A DNA stretch of 64,000 nucleotides, taken from NCBI GenBank assembly GCA_964247055.1, contig OZ176051.1:6820001-6884000 (forward strand), in the 5' to 3' direction. Positions within the stretch are counted from its first letter, which is position 1; each line of letters starts with the position of its first letter. This DNA is from Paragordius varius (taxonomy: Eukaryota; Animalia; Nematomorpha). A program made the position numbers and the translations under genes. Shown piece after piece: positions 26,101 through 39,300 of the stretch. The notes under the pieces were generated by a model. It ran no database searches, had not been told where the DNA came from, and saw only the letters and a program-made list of their open reading frames with translations.

Positions 26101-27012
26101 CGGAAACATATCACAAAGCCACCACTTTTCATTTATATAAATATATAGATGGCCTTATTCATAAATCAAAAAAGTGCATCATATATCTGCCCGAGTAAGT
26201 TAGTGTTCAAAAGTTTATCATGAAAAAAAGAGAATCATTTTAAGGGGATCAACTATTTTTATCCCCGGTTTTATTATTCGATTGTAGAATCAGTCAAACA
26301 AAAATCTCAATCCAGGATTCAAACAATCCCTTCAACTCTGGTGACGGATGAAATGCGCCTTTTTTGGCCCAGAATGAATATGGGATTACGTAGTTGGACG
26401 AACGCTGGTAACACAGAATATATTAGCAAAATTTTACCTTACGAATATCGATTGGAGGATGGTATGCGAAAACTTCAACACAGCCTTACAAATGAACAAA
26501 ATAATAATGAATCAATCCTCCAACCTTATAACAGTACCTCATCCCCCATTCATAATTATTATAATAATTTTGATGCTGACAGCAATTTTAGCAGTAGTAG
26601 TTCATTTGCCTCCAATATATCTTCACGTGTTAGCACTGCTACGGCTTCTGTTTTATCCAACGTTATATCTAATCAAACAGGTAATTTCTTACATTCAGTA
26701 ATTTTTGGGTAAACTCTTAAAATGTTTTTAATTTTATTTATCCATAAGATTTTAAAAAATATAAGCGGTATCAATTTGGCCTAGGTACACTCATTGAACC
26801 GTTAAGCTGATAAATATTTTTTGACATGTTCAATTAACCATTTCATTACTGATGTTAGTATGATTAATCGTTAAAATAATTTTACCAAAATTCACACCTT
26901 GCTTTAATTTATCTTACCTTCCAACTTTTTTTATCAACCAATAAAGTTAGTTACCACTTTTTCTGGCCTCTATGATGCTACCCATAATATAGATATAAAT
27001 ACGATTTAGCAT

Positions 27013-27047
<35 letters not shown>

Positions 27048-30000
27048 ATTAATATTGTATATATTCGGAAATTAAAATATATGGGCCTGTTATTTAGGAT
27101 TTATTACCGTGTGTAAGATTAGACGTGTTATCAGTTAATTTTCTTAAAAGTTTCAAATATTATTGGATATATTAAGAAAAATGAAAATGACATCTGTATA
27201 CGTGGTGATATAGTTACATTTTATTGTTTTGTTTGATCATCCAATCCTCACGTTTGATCAGTTAATATGAAGAATTGGCAGTGTGAGTAACTTGGGTTTT
27301 AAAGATATTATCGAAATTTACTACAATAATTATCCTACTTCAAGGATTTTAATCGATATGATATCGATTGCACCTAAACTACCAGTGATTGTTAATCTAT
27401 GGTCACTGTTATTTAATAATTTTTGCCTTGTTTTATATAAGAATGGCGGGTGCTCATTCTAAATTTAAACAGAGTATCAAAAAATATTTATACATTATTA
27501 TCTACGTATGTCTCCCTTTTTATTACCCGTAATTGTATAATAATTTCTATATAAAACATATTTTAGTTCCAAAATTTGAATTACTATATCCACCAATCAA
27601 GCTACCGCGCAAATTAACTCTCATAAAATTCATGCAATATTATCCTATATTAGTTTTGGCCGACATATCTAACGAAATTTCGTAAGTTATTAATTTTACA
27701 TATAATCATACCAAGTATTTAATATTTCAACAATTTTTTTAGTTATATACCAATTACGGCTCAAATTCACCCCCGAAATTTAAATTCATCCTTAAATAAA
27801 CTATGTCTAAAAGTACCTGTATTTTTTCATATTTTTTAAAATTTTATTTCGTTTAATATTAACATATCAATAAATAATATACTATGATAAAAATAATCCA
27901 TAATAAGGATCTTTTATATTAGCCCGAAAACACATAATTTATTATTAGGGTAAATTGAATTGTTGAAGAGTGAATTTGAATTGAAGTGTAAATGGTATAT
28001 CTTAAATTATTACAATAGATTGTGGAATCATGTAACACAAGAGTTTATAATGCGATTTTCGGCCTGCCCTTTTCTAGATGCACAAATCAAAGTTATTGAA
28101 TGCATTAATTCATGTGACATTTATCCAATGCTTTGTGTAGCATTTAGTAATTTCATTTGTTTTAATTTATATATTATTTTTTTATATTTATCCAAATTAA
28201 TTGTTATATATTAAAATTTTTTGTTACATACTTTTATATCTGTTATGATGATAAATATTTTACGACAAAATGATTTAAAAAACGCAGAATTTGTATTAGG
28301 CCTCACAAAGAATTTTTTAGAACAATTAGATTAGTTTGCTATTAGAGTGCTATAATTAATTTTTATGGAGGGGTTTAGTGCATATAGTTTGTCACTAATT
28401 AAAAACTAATGGATAGACAACAAAAGAATGTAGTGATAATTCTTAAATATTATGTCTGTAAATTATTCTACTTTCGCATGAAATAGTGCTTAAGACGTGA
28501 TAGATTTTAATCTTTGATGATTTTTTATTATGATTTTGCTTAATTGTGATATTTTCCATAATTTAAGATTAAAATTATCTGTAACATATCAATGTTTATT
28601 CCCGGTTACAGTGGCTTTAAGAGAAATTATAATTATGGTTATCTTTTGATTTGAGAGAATTTGATTTTATGATGTAAGGAATCAAACTCATAATTGCAAT
28701 TGTGTTTGGCAAATAAGAAAAAATATTGTTGATATTTTTATCTGCTTGTAGAATTTTATTCGTTTTTGTCATCGACCAATGATTTCATACGAACGGGCGA
28801 GAATTTTTCAAAGTATATTTTATAAATCCTGTCAGTTTTATAAATTTTTTATTAGCTTGGTCAGAACGGTGTTTTATTTTTTCATAGATTCAACGTCCAT
28901 ATGTATAAGTTGATTTTACCTTATTACATATTATGATCAGATTAAAATGTAAATTGTATTTACGCAGCTAAAAACCTTTGTTAGGTGTACTTTTTGTAAC
29001 TACTTTTTTTAAAACCTTACCGGAAATTTAATTTTATTTTCTCTAGCTGATGGCACAATCAAAATTTTCAAAAACATATTTGATCCCCGTTTATTTATTC
29101 CGTTCAAAGGTCCCATCAATGATTTAACCATAAACTATTCGCCTTTTTCCACAAAATCAATAGAAAACGGCTATTTAGGTATAATATCGATAAAAATTAT
29201 ATATTATTTTTTTCACATTGGCTAATTTTTGTTTTTTTATTTGCAAACATAGAAAACGTGAATCAAAACCGAAAATCTACCACATCCTTAAATAAACGAA
29301 AGAGTAAAGGATCAGCTCCTAATCAACCAATATGTTGTTCAGCTTGGTATGGGCTACCATCCTATTCAACTATAGACAATAATGCCAATCTTCAATCACC
29401 TACAAATTATTCAAAAAGTTTGATTTTTTTAAGAGTAAAAATCCGAAAAAAATAATAAAATTAAAATTATTTAAAACGTACATTATTATTATTATTTAAT
29501 TATTGCATTTTTAAACATTATTATAAATATAAGGCGTACGTCAGTTTTATCTATAATTAATTCATTTTATATAAATAAAACTTAATTAATTTACAAATTT
29601 TGTTTATTTTTTAATTTTGTTTCGTAATTTTTATTTTGGGTTAATTAATTTAACCTCAAAATATGTTAATTTGTTGTATATCCTTATAGGTATACTAACG
29701 GATCTTGTTTATCATAATAGTTCGGGTTTATTATTTGTTAGTGGATACCGAATTATTCGTATATGGGACCTATCAAGTCAAACAAAATACTGTGTAATTA
29801 TTAATATCGTATAACATATTTTTTTATTAAACACCAAATAGGAAATGTATTTTTAATGATATTTATATTGGTAATTTACAAAATTATGACATTTCTTAGT
29901 AGACTACTTATTAAATTTAAAATACTATATACATTGTATTTTAATTTTATTAGGATATTAACCTAAATTTAGAACAAACAAATTACATTATATCAACTGC

Positions 30001-31300
30001 GATCGACATGCAATTATATGGCAACACGGCTGACAATCCTAATTATTTAGCTTGTGCATTAAATGATAACTCCATTCGCATTTACAATATAAATCGGTTA
30101 CCGCTTGAACACAAGTTATTATAGATTTTATAAAAATACATTTAATGTATAGACGCCCCCTTCTAATGACCCCAATTTTCGGAAAAACGCATGGGTCAAT
30201 AAACTTTAAACACTTAAAAATAAATAATTGATGTTAAATTTCATTTAGGAATACATTTTATTAAAGGTTAAAAATTTATTTTTATTTTGGGGTCATTTGG
30301 TTACATTAGTTGTTTTTTGGTGTCTCAACTTCAAACGATTATAACTTAGGAAAGTATAGGATGATGAACATGAGCTAATTAGTTTATTGGCGATTTATTT
30401 TTAATATATCATTGTATGTCGCAAAGTGACACCTCAAATGCTAAGATCAAAGCTAGTTATATGCAATTATGATTTGCTTGAGAAAATACACTATATCAAT
30501 TGTTCATCATCATCATCATTCATTTGTATGGGAATTCGCCATTAAATGACGGTACACCGGTTTTTTCCACTCTTCTCTTGATTTGGCTAATTCTAGATTT
30601 AAATTGAGCGATTCGAGGTCTTTAATTATTGTGTTGAGCCATGTGGTATGGGGTCGGCCGGATTTCGCTGGTAGTTCAACCAAGTAATTTTTCATAGTTT
30701 TAAGAAATGTGAGTATCTTGCCGTCTTTCAACATGTCCAGCCCATTGTAACCTGAGATTTCTGATGACGTTGTTGATGGGGTTGAGATTAAGTATATGGT
30801 ATGGGTTTATGGATTCGGTATGATTGAATTTAGAAGGATTGTGTGCGAATAATATTGTTTTAATAGCCGAATTTCGCTAAACCGAGTAATTTTTCATAGT
30901 TTTAAGAATGTGAGTATCTTGCCGTCTTTCAACATGTCCAGCCCATTGTAACCAGAGATTTCTGATGACGTTGTTGATGGGGTTGAGATTGAGTATATGG
31001 TACGTGTTTATGGATTTGGTATGATTGAATTTAGAAGGATTGTGTGCGAATAATATTGTTTTCAATAATTTGGATTCATTTGTTTTTGACATCGGCCATG
31101 ATTCGGATCCATATGTGAGGACGGGACGGATGGCTGTAGTGTAAATGGCACATTTAGTTTGTAGTTTGACGAATTTATTATATGGTATTTTTTCCACATT
31201 TGTGATATTGTTGAAAATCTATAATAACTGTTTTATTTTCAAGGTGCTTTTTACTTTACAGGGTCTGGTGCTATAAGTTCATTGTTTTTGATATAAATAT

Positions 31301-31380
<80 letters not shown>

Positions 31381-32981
31381 GTATTACAATACTAATTACC
31401 TTCTTACAATATTGAAACCAATAAAATAAACGAGGTACTGAATCGCTTTTTGATCTAACAGGGGAAAAATAATATATTTTTTATATTTTATATATAGTCC
31501 CATTAAAACTCTCAAAGAAAATGGCAATGGAAGTTTGATCAAAATTTCATTTTACTTAAATGATTTGCATGTCCAACCCCATCCCATAGAAAATTTGAAT
31601 CTCCTATCTGTCTGGTATTTTTTCTCCTTACATTAACGATTTTTTACATGTTATAAATCTGCAATTAAACTTAATTTATCATTTGATTTTTTAAATATTT
31701 ACATTTACGAATATTAAGTCAGGGAAGTTTTAATACTATTATGGGTTAGATTGAAATTAATTTTAGCTAATTTTTTGTTTAACAACCATTTTCCCCTGAT
31801 TTTTTATGTAGCCTATAGTTTTGTTTGTGAAATATCATTTATAAGTGCTATTTTGGTTTTGGAAAATAAATCAAAGTATTTTTTATTTGTGCTTGTTTGT
31901 CTCTATAATTTTACTGAAATCAAGTTCTTTTCAAATAAAAATAATAAAAAACTAAACTGTATGCTATATAGTTCTTCCGGTGAAATACGGATATGGGATA
32001 TGGCTTCTAGCAAAAATCAAGCGAAATCTCACAAATATGCCTACCCTATTTCCTTAACTGATATTAATACCATATATGGAGTTGTTGCTGGGTACACTCT
32101 CTTAAATGATTTAATTTTTCAAAAAGATTTTTTTAGAAAACTTATATTTTGGGTATAATGTTTTAAAATTTTATTAATAAGGTTTATTTGATACATAGGT
32201 TTTTACCTATATTACTTTATTTCTAATTAACTAGGGGGCTTAGTAATCAATCTATTGGTCTGTTTAATTTCCGTATTAATCAAAGTTGGACCCTTAAACG
32301 AAATCAAAAATATACGATAAATCAATTAGCATTCCATCCAACCAAGGTTTTTATTCTAGATTCAATATAAATAGAAGTTAGATCAAAACTATTTAACCGT
32401 TCTAACCGCTTAAAATGCAGGCCTATTAATGATCATAAGAGGTATATCATTACCCTAAATAAATATATGTTGATATACCAAAAACAAAAAATAGCTAAAC
32501 GTACCGAATCATTATTAAATGTTTTAATTAACATTATAGATATAAATAAAATTTGATTTTAACTTAAATCATGATTTTATATCGATTTATTTTAATTTCC
32601 AACTAACCATATGTATGAAGGTTTGTATGGTTATTTTATTAGAAGTAATTAGCATTCATTAATGCAAAAATAATTCGTTGATATTTTTCCAGTTTTCACA
32701 TATTATTCTTGGTCAGTGTAAACGTGTTAAAGCCTGCATCAGTCCTTAATTCAAAATCGTCATTTCTCTTAAATATAAAATGTTAATGGATACATCTAAA
32801 ATTGTATGTTTTTTAAAAAAAAAATAACTCTTGTTTAAAATTTATATTGACCACACTGAACAAAAATACGTGTTTTTTTAAGATTTGATATCAATATTTT
32901 TTTCCGTCTTTATAGTTAACCATGGCTTGTGTGGACAACTATTTATCTATTTATACCTCAACTTCTAGCAATAATAATTAA
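13973..32981 (+). CDS. RPTOR: Regulatory-associated protein of mTOR (Raptor), divergent, about 1600 aa
   Basis: Exons 13973-14540, 15063-15191, 15602-15745, 15830-15974, 16394-16556, 16899-17009, 17546-17695, 18114-18258, 18560-18674, 18754-18834, 19083-19193, 19442-19516, 19585-19650, 19940-20126, 20361-20518, 20708-20782, 20856-20940, 21374-21546, 21955-22153, 22493-22532, 22621-22831, 23040-23091, 26288-26680, 27567-27681, 28019-28146, 29047-29178, 29253-29417, 29690-29793, 29954-30114, 31498-31614, 31972-32091, 32235-32346, 32916-32981 (TAA). Motifs: [84 protein letters not shown], then WD40 repeats (IRIWD, LAFHP). One junction (16556 to 16899) has an unresolved phase mismatch. Confidence 0.96.
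19376..19428. repeat. (TA)n microsatellite (one of several)
   Basis: Pure TA run in a Raptor intron. Others lie at about 12247-12282, 23136-23164, 27018-27042, 31300-31381 (imperfect), 43686-43720, 54808-54852 and 61404-61450. Confidence 0.95.
23162..23761. mobile_element. Old foldback-like MITE (TACC..GGTA family) with a nested hAT MITE
   Basis: The left arm (caaattcacc / tttaaattca repeats) is the inverted image of the right arm (ggtgaatttgaa repeats) ending aaacGGTA|TA. It contains a decayed copy of the 7560 MITE (cagaggtgtcaac..cttcgcgggc at 23371). Confidence 0.6.
24012..26149 (-). mobile_element. Non-autonomous Helitron, 2138 bp, long form of the 3255 family
   Basis: 5' A|TCTATATATTTATATAAATG at 26149. 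The 3' end has both hairpins plus CTAG at 24012 (followed by C rather than T). The interior is made of degenerate internal repeats, and I recognised no RepHel motif. It lies in Raptor intron 23092-26287. Confidence 0.8.
27748..27997. mobile_element. Short foldback-like MITE (TA|TACC..GGTA|TA), 250 bp
   Basis: Ends TACCAATTAC..caaattcacc / gtgaatttgaattgaagtgtaaatGGTA flanked by TA on both sides. Terminal sequence is related to the elements at 47513 and 52414. Confidence 0.7.
30504..31280 (-). mobile_element. 5'-truncated RTE-clade non-LTR retrotransposon fragment
   Basis: Minus-strand remnant [21 protein letters not shown]...[10 protein letters not shown]...KSGRPHTTW is typical of the RTE RT C-terminal region. 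It has a (GAT)n 3' tail at about 30504-30519 and a tandem duplication of about 200 bp. It is antisense in a Raptor intron; the 5' boundary is approximate. Confidence 0.85.
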
Positions 32982-33327
32982 AGTAAATATCCTTAAACAA
33001 TACTAATTAAATAATTTTATATTATATTATAACAATAAATAATTTTATGATGACCATTGGAACATTGTTATTATTAATTTGATGCTATAATTAAATTATA
33101 TTTCTAAAATTATAAGATAAAAAAATCATTCATTATTAAAACCAATTCTTATCTATTATATTAATTAAGTAAATTAGATTCGCTCTTTACCCTTATTTCG
33201 TAACTGATTTGACATTATAGAATTTTTCGTTATTTACAAATGTGTGTTGCTATGCTCAAAATTGCAAAGTAAGCCCGGAGATTATTGTTCATTAAAATAA
33301 ATTATTTATTTATTTGTTAGGAATTCG

Positions 33328-36300
33328 TTAAATTTTAGAATGTTCGGTGCTTACTATGTTTGATCGTTTAATGTGAAATGCATTATAAAAAGGATTCATG
33401 TGTTTTGAAAAGAGTGAATATTTTGTTGAACGAGATTGTTCCCGATTACTTCCATTTTCTTCGGATTTTGAAGCGTCAAAAGCATTAATGTATGCCTACA
33501 TGTATTAGCATCATACATAATAAATTTTTATACTGAAATAAAATTCATTTAATGTATAAATAAAATTTAATTATTTAGAATTGTCAAACATACGTTTTTA
33601 AATGATTTTACTTTGTTTTAAATTGTTTACAATAAATAGGCTATTATTATTTTAAGGCTTAAAAATGCGCATGTTGAAAGTTGACATATCAAACATCATA
33701 ACAATTAATAAAAAAGTAAAATGAATTAAAAACGTATGTTTAACAATTCTTAACATACATGACTGTAATATAAAATGCCAACCTTTTCTTTGTCTGTTGG
33801 AAAGCGCGAAACAAAGTCATACAGTTCATTGTGACTAATACTCAGAGGGGCCCGAAGTTTTTTCGTAAATTTATTGATTCCCCAAATCATAAGCATCCAT
33901 CGCAATGGTACAAAGTATAAAACGAGCGTTACCAACAGTAAAAGTAGAAGGGCGAAACAAGATAATATAGGGCAAGAGAAATTGAAGATGCTAAATTTGT
34001 ATATATGTAAGCGAAAAAATAAGTTAATCCAAGGGCCATTATATAAGTCGACCTATATTATCCATATTATATTTTCAAAATGATTATGGATTATTCCAAA
34101 GCAAATTTTGAGTGACATAATTTATTGGAAAATTTACATATATCATTTAATCTTAATAATCACCCTTTATCTTAATCCTTCAAATTAAGTTCTACCATAT
34201 ATGTTTCGCATACTTTCAAAAATCCATAAACAAATGATGTACTTTTGGGCTTAATTACTTATAATTTTAACAAATATGTCCTTGGTATAGTTTATCATTT
34301 ATATTTTAAAATAGAAAAAATTAGATTTTTTATTTATAAAGGCTAGGCTACAATTAAAAATAATAAATTTTAATTAAGACAAGCTTATTAAAACCAAAAT
34401 ATACTTCTTAAGCCATAAATAAATTTTAAGTTTTTGTAACTAAAATTATTTTGTTTACTCAATAAAAATTAGCAAACTTTTTTCCGCGTTCCCCAAAGGA
34501 TGCTATTTTATCTGTCAAGGTTTGAAGCATGAGACATGTATCTTGTACTAAATTTATTGTAGATTTTAGGGTTTTTGGAGCTGATTTCGTTGCTTCCTTT
34601 ATATTACACAATAAAGTTAATTTAAATATAGATTTTCCTTAAAACTTTTTATTGGCTACATACCTTTTTTTATTTTAAATATAGAGGTGTCCTTTTAAAT
34701 TTTAAAAAAAATCAAATTTTTAACAAAAATACTTTTTTTGTTGCATTGTTGGGCAGTGGAGTAATTTGAGCGGTGTATTCATCATCTAAATCTTCCTACA
34801 TAAGTATTAAATAAAATTTAGGATTTTTCATCTTTTTTTCAAATAATTAAAGCAAAGCCCAAATTGTTGAGAATAATTAAATAAAATAAAAACAAAATAA
34901 GGGTTTTTGAACCAATCCAAATTTAATGTGTAAAGTTTCTCAAAATCAAAAAAAAATATTCGCGCTCAATGTGTTTTTAGAAAAAAAATGAAATACCAAT
35001 TTAAACTCAGTGCTATATTATCTGACATAAAAGAGTAGAAAAATTGCAACATTTTTTTAAAAAAATTGATCATTTCTTTCATTAATATATATATATATAC
35101 CACATCGGATGTAATAATGCAGGTTTGGGTTTGAGGAATATTTACATTGGTAAATGCATTGAATTTTCGTTCATACCAATGTGCGAAACCGAAAATGCCA
35201 ATAATGCCCAACGGAATCATATATGGTTGGAAATAATAAACTAGTAAAATGTACCCCTACATGTGTATTATTATAAAAATATTTTTATAACGCTTAAATA
35301 TAAATTTTCGTTGAAATATAATTAAATTAAATATACTGCAAGTGATAAAGTTGACCATTTTGGATTCGTCCAATTTAATATGTCGGACAAAATATTTTGT
35401 ATAACAACTAAAGGATCCAACCATAGTCTCCTTAAACGATCAATATTGTGCAAAAAAGTCTAAAAAATAACGCAAATGTTGCTAATCATACTGGAAAATA
35501 TATATTAAAACTTTTTAACAAAAATATTTTTTATTTTAATTACCGTTTTACTGAAATGTACGGATTCAGGTATTATTCTCTCCTCCCTGGGCCTAAAAGT
35601 AACTATCATGGCTTTGAGCTGTGTATACATTAATAACAATAAATACTTTAAAATTAATGTATTAAAAAAAATATAATTTTACCAAATTGTAAACTATGAC
35701 AATCTCCAGCAAAATTTCACCTTTAACCTCGGTGGTCAAGGATTGGTTCCTTAATTTATACCAAATTGGCTCACCATTTTGTACCTAATGAAGACATATA
35801 TTATATGTTATAGAGCAGTCGTAATAAATTAATTCTGTATATTTTCATCGTATTTTGATTAATTTTAAAAACAAAATAATAAATTACTGAAAGTAAGGGA
35901 ATCGATATTTTCCCAATAAACTTCAGCTTGTGATTTTTATTTTCATCCATTACCATCACATCCAACGTCGTGAACAAGTCATGAATTTCACTAAAATATT
36001 TTTAAACAAATACTTAATAAATTGATTGGTAATCAAAAAAACATATTGTTCTAGATAAGTTATAAAGATTCCTATATGTTTGGTTTTAGAAACCTGTGAA
36101 AAGTCCTTTGGAAAAATGTTTTAAATTTAAACCTTTACTAAAAAGGGTGTTCAATTATTAGTTATCAAACGGAATGGTAGATATTTTTATTGGTGGCCTC
36201 TTGATTAAAAATTAACGTTTTAGCCATGTAATGTGCTAACATTAACGGTGTATTTAATAAAAATATTTATTGAGATAACTTTTTAACTCGAACATAATTT

Positions 36301-39300
36301 TTTTGAATGTTTGCTATTATTTGTTTAAAGTACGATAGTAGTTGTCGAAATTTGGACTGTTTTCCGTTCCTAATTATTTTTATTGTTTCTAATAATAATT
36401 TACAAAGAATTATTTCCTACAAATATCGTTATAGTTCCATTATTTTATGAAATAGTTATGTTTTGGTGTCACAATATCTTAATCGCAAAAAACATAGAAA
36501 TTTTAATTGTGTGAAGATCGCTAAAAACCTGAATTAAAATAATTGTAAAATCAGCTCCAAAGAAACTATGTAATAGTCATATGTTACTGTTTGATTAAAA
36601 AAACCTCGGCAAACAGTTCACAGGCGATTAATTTGATATAGAGCTCATTATATTGACTAATATTATACTAAAAATACACACAAGTCCACCAAAAGGTAGC
36701 GTCCTATTTATATCATTTAATCATCATGTTGAATTTTGTGCCTGAAAAAGTACTTGCGGCACGCATTGCCATTGAAGAATAAAGCTCTTGTAATATCGTT
36801 TTGTGGTCAAACGTAAACATAGTATCGAAATGAAAATTATTTCATGTGAAGAGCTTTGGTAAACCACACAACTGCGAAGAAGATCAAGTCAGAAGTATTG
36901 TTGTATGATGACCCAAATCAAATGTAACAGTTGTAGATTCACGACAAAATCAATGTTTACGAGCAAAAAGAGAAAATATAAAATCGGTAAATGGGTCTCA
37001 CACAATTTGAATGAACGTCGAATAAGGCAAAGACACTTGTGATATCCAGCTTAAACGTCACAAAAGGAATATTTTGCATTGATTGGAACAGGTGATGAGA
37101 ACTGGCTTTATTTTATGAATACAAAATGTGTTGGTGGGACCGCAATATTGTGTAGTATGAAAACTCGGTGAAAATGTAAATTACAACGAATCGCCAACAA
37201 TGGTTTAATTTAAATCATGCATTTATCGAAACTACCGGAATTGAGAAGACATGGCAAAATGATTTAGTAATGATGCTCTGTCCCACACAGGGAAACTACT
37301 GAAAGACACCTTGAGATCGTTTCGATGGGAAATTCACATATCCGCTGAAATCTCATCTCTTGGACCATACTAATACAACTTCGCATCAATGGGGTATATC
37401 CTCGAGAGCAGGGCTACAATGATTTCGAAGATGTTGGAAAATGACTTGAAGAATGGACGCAAAAATATATCCATTTTTCTGGCACGGCATTCATATAATA
37501 TGTGAGAGATGGGCAAAATATGTATAAGCCGATGGACAATATTATCAGAGGCACAGCTTCCATTTTTGGCCCCCTGTGCATGAATACGTGATGGTACCTC
37601 CTTGCCCTCCATCTTGCATTTTAAAAAATAATCAAACGGTGATTTTTCTTATTAAAAATAATAGCTATTAAACAGCTATTTTTTTAAATAAATTTTTTTT
37701 CCGGTGGCCCTTCAACTATGGCGCCCATCAGCCCCCCTTTCCCCCTCTAGCTACTCCTCTGAATATTCTGAATGAAATAATAATTGATCTCTTTTTAACA
37801 TTACATACCGAAAAACCAGTAAAAACCCCATGACTACACCAGGTATGGTACCAGTTCCTTCGTATAGTTATATTTTTTAATTTAATGAAAAAATAGCTTA
37901 ACAAAATAACTTACAAAACAAAGGTTTTGTTCCACTCAGGTGCCACGTTTTTATATATGGTATGGGTTTGTAAGCGAGTATTTACCAATTCCAGTATGCA
38001 AAATGGATCGCTACTACCTGGAAAAAATTTTGTTTAACAAATAAAATCTTATTTAAACTATGTTTTAAAACAAGACTTATGAAGAAATGACAGGCTGCGT
38101 CGTGTTATTTTGATATTTTAGTGAGAATATTGATTAAAGTCCTTTTTTATGTAAAACAAACATAATTCCAACTAATTACAAAAATATAAAAAATTAAATT
38201 TAAAATTTTTTGTTCTACGTACCTCCAATGTCCACCGCTGTCAAATCTTTTGCTTTTAGGACTAGAAATAATTATTTGACAATTATAAACCTTTGACTAT
38301 GAGGTATCCCACATGGCTAAGATCAAAGAGTTTTTTCTTGTTTTCCTAACATAATTATCAAATATATTTTTCCTACCAAAATTATATACAATTTCATAAA
38401 TGACCTTGGCAAAAGGCTGAATTAATTTTTTTTGATCTTATAAAACCGCACTTTCACAACAATATAATCGTCGGACTTACTTGCAAATATCAAATAACAT
38501 AATATAAATGGATTATTACAGAAAAACAAACTGTTGTATAATATAGTAATTTTGGCATAAATAATAATAGCTTAACAACCCAAGATTGATTTAAACTTAC
38601 GCAAACTGACGTTAATTCATATTTGTGGTAGTTTTTTAATTTAGGACTTATTGCGGACAACTTTTTTCCATGCTGCTTCTTACGACGCATTTTTATTTTA
38701 AAAAACCCCTAACTGTAAATTTTTATGCTAAGATTTTAAACCAGATGATATGTTTTTACAAAATTGTGCAAGAATCGTAATATTTTTACGGCATAATAGG
38801 TTTCTTCAATTTGAGCCAAACTTGTGATGCCGTGCATAAGAGGCGGTCCACCATTTTGATCAGATGTTTGGTCTTTGGCCTGACAACCACTAATCACAAC
38901 CATAAATTTAATTGTACCCGTATGCGTTTCACTTTCAATATCTCTCCAAAATGTCGTATTCACATCTAAAGGTATTTCTGCGAGATCAATTTTTATTCTG
39001 TGTCCCATGTGAAAAAAAGATAAAAATAATAAAATTGAAATAACAGCATGTATTTTTATGGTTGCTTATTTCATACTATAGTTGAGCAATTTGCAACACA
39101 GTAGTGTATGGAAAAAAAATTGTTTATTCAACATTTGGTTGTTTTTTCCATACAGTAATGTGTTGTGCGAATTGCCCAGCTATAGTGTGAAAAAAGAAAC
39201 CATTAAAATTTAAATTATACGGACAAAATGTAAAAATATAAAGACTTTCCACTTTTTTAAAAACTCATTGTTTTAAATTGCGAATCATGAAGTAGAGATG

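Noticed and set aside
27270-27462. Open stretch [15 protein letters not shown].. in a Raptor intron
   Set aside because: Preceded by a stop with no usable acceptor, no similarity to Raptor, and not needed for phase continuity.
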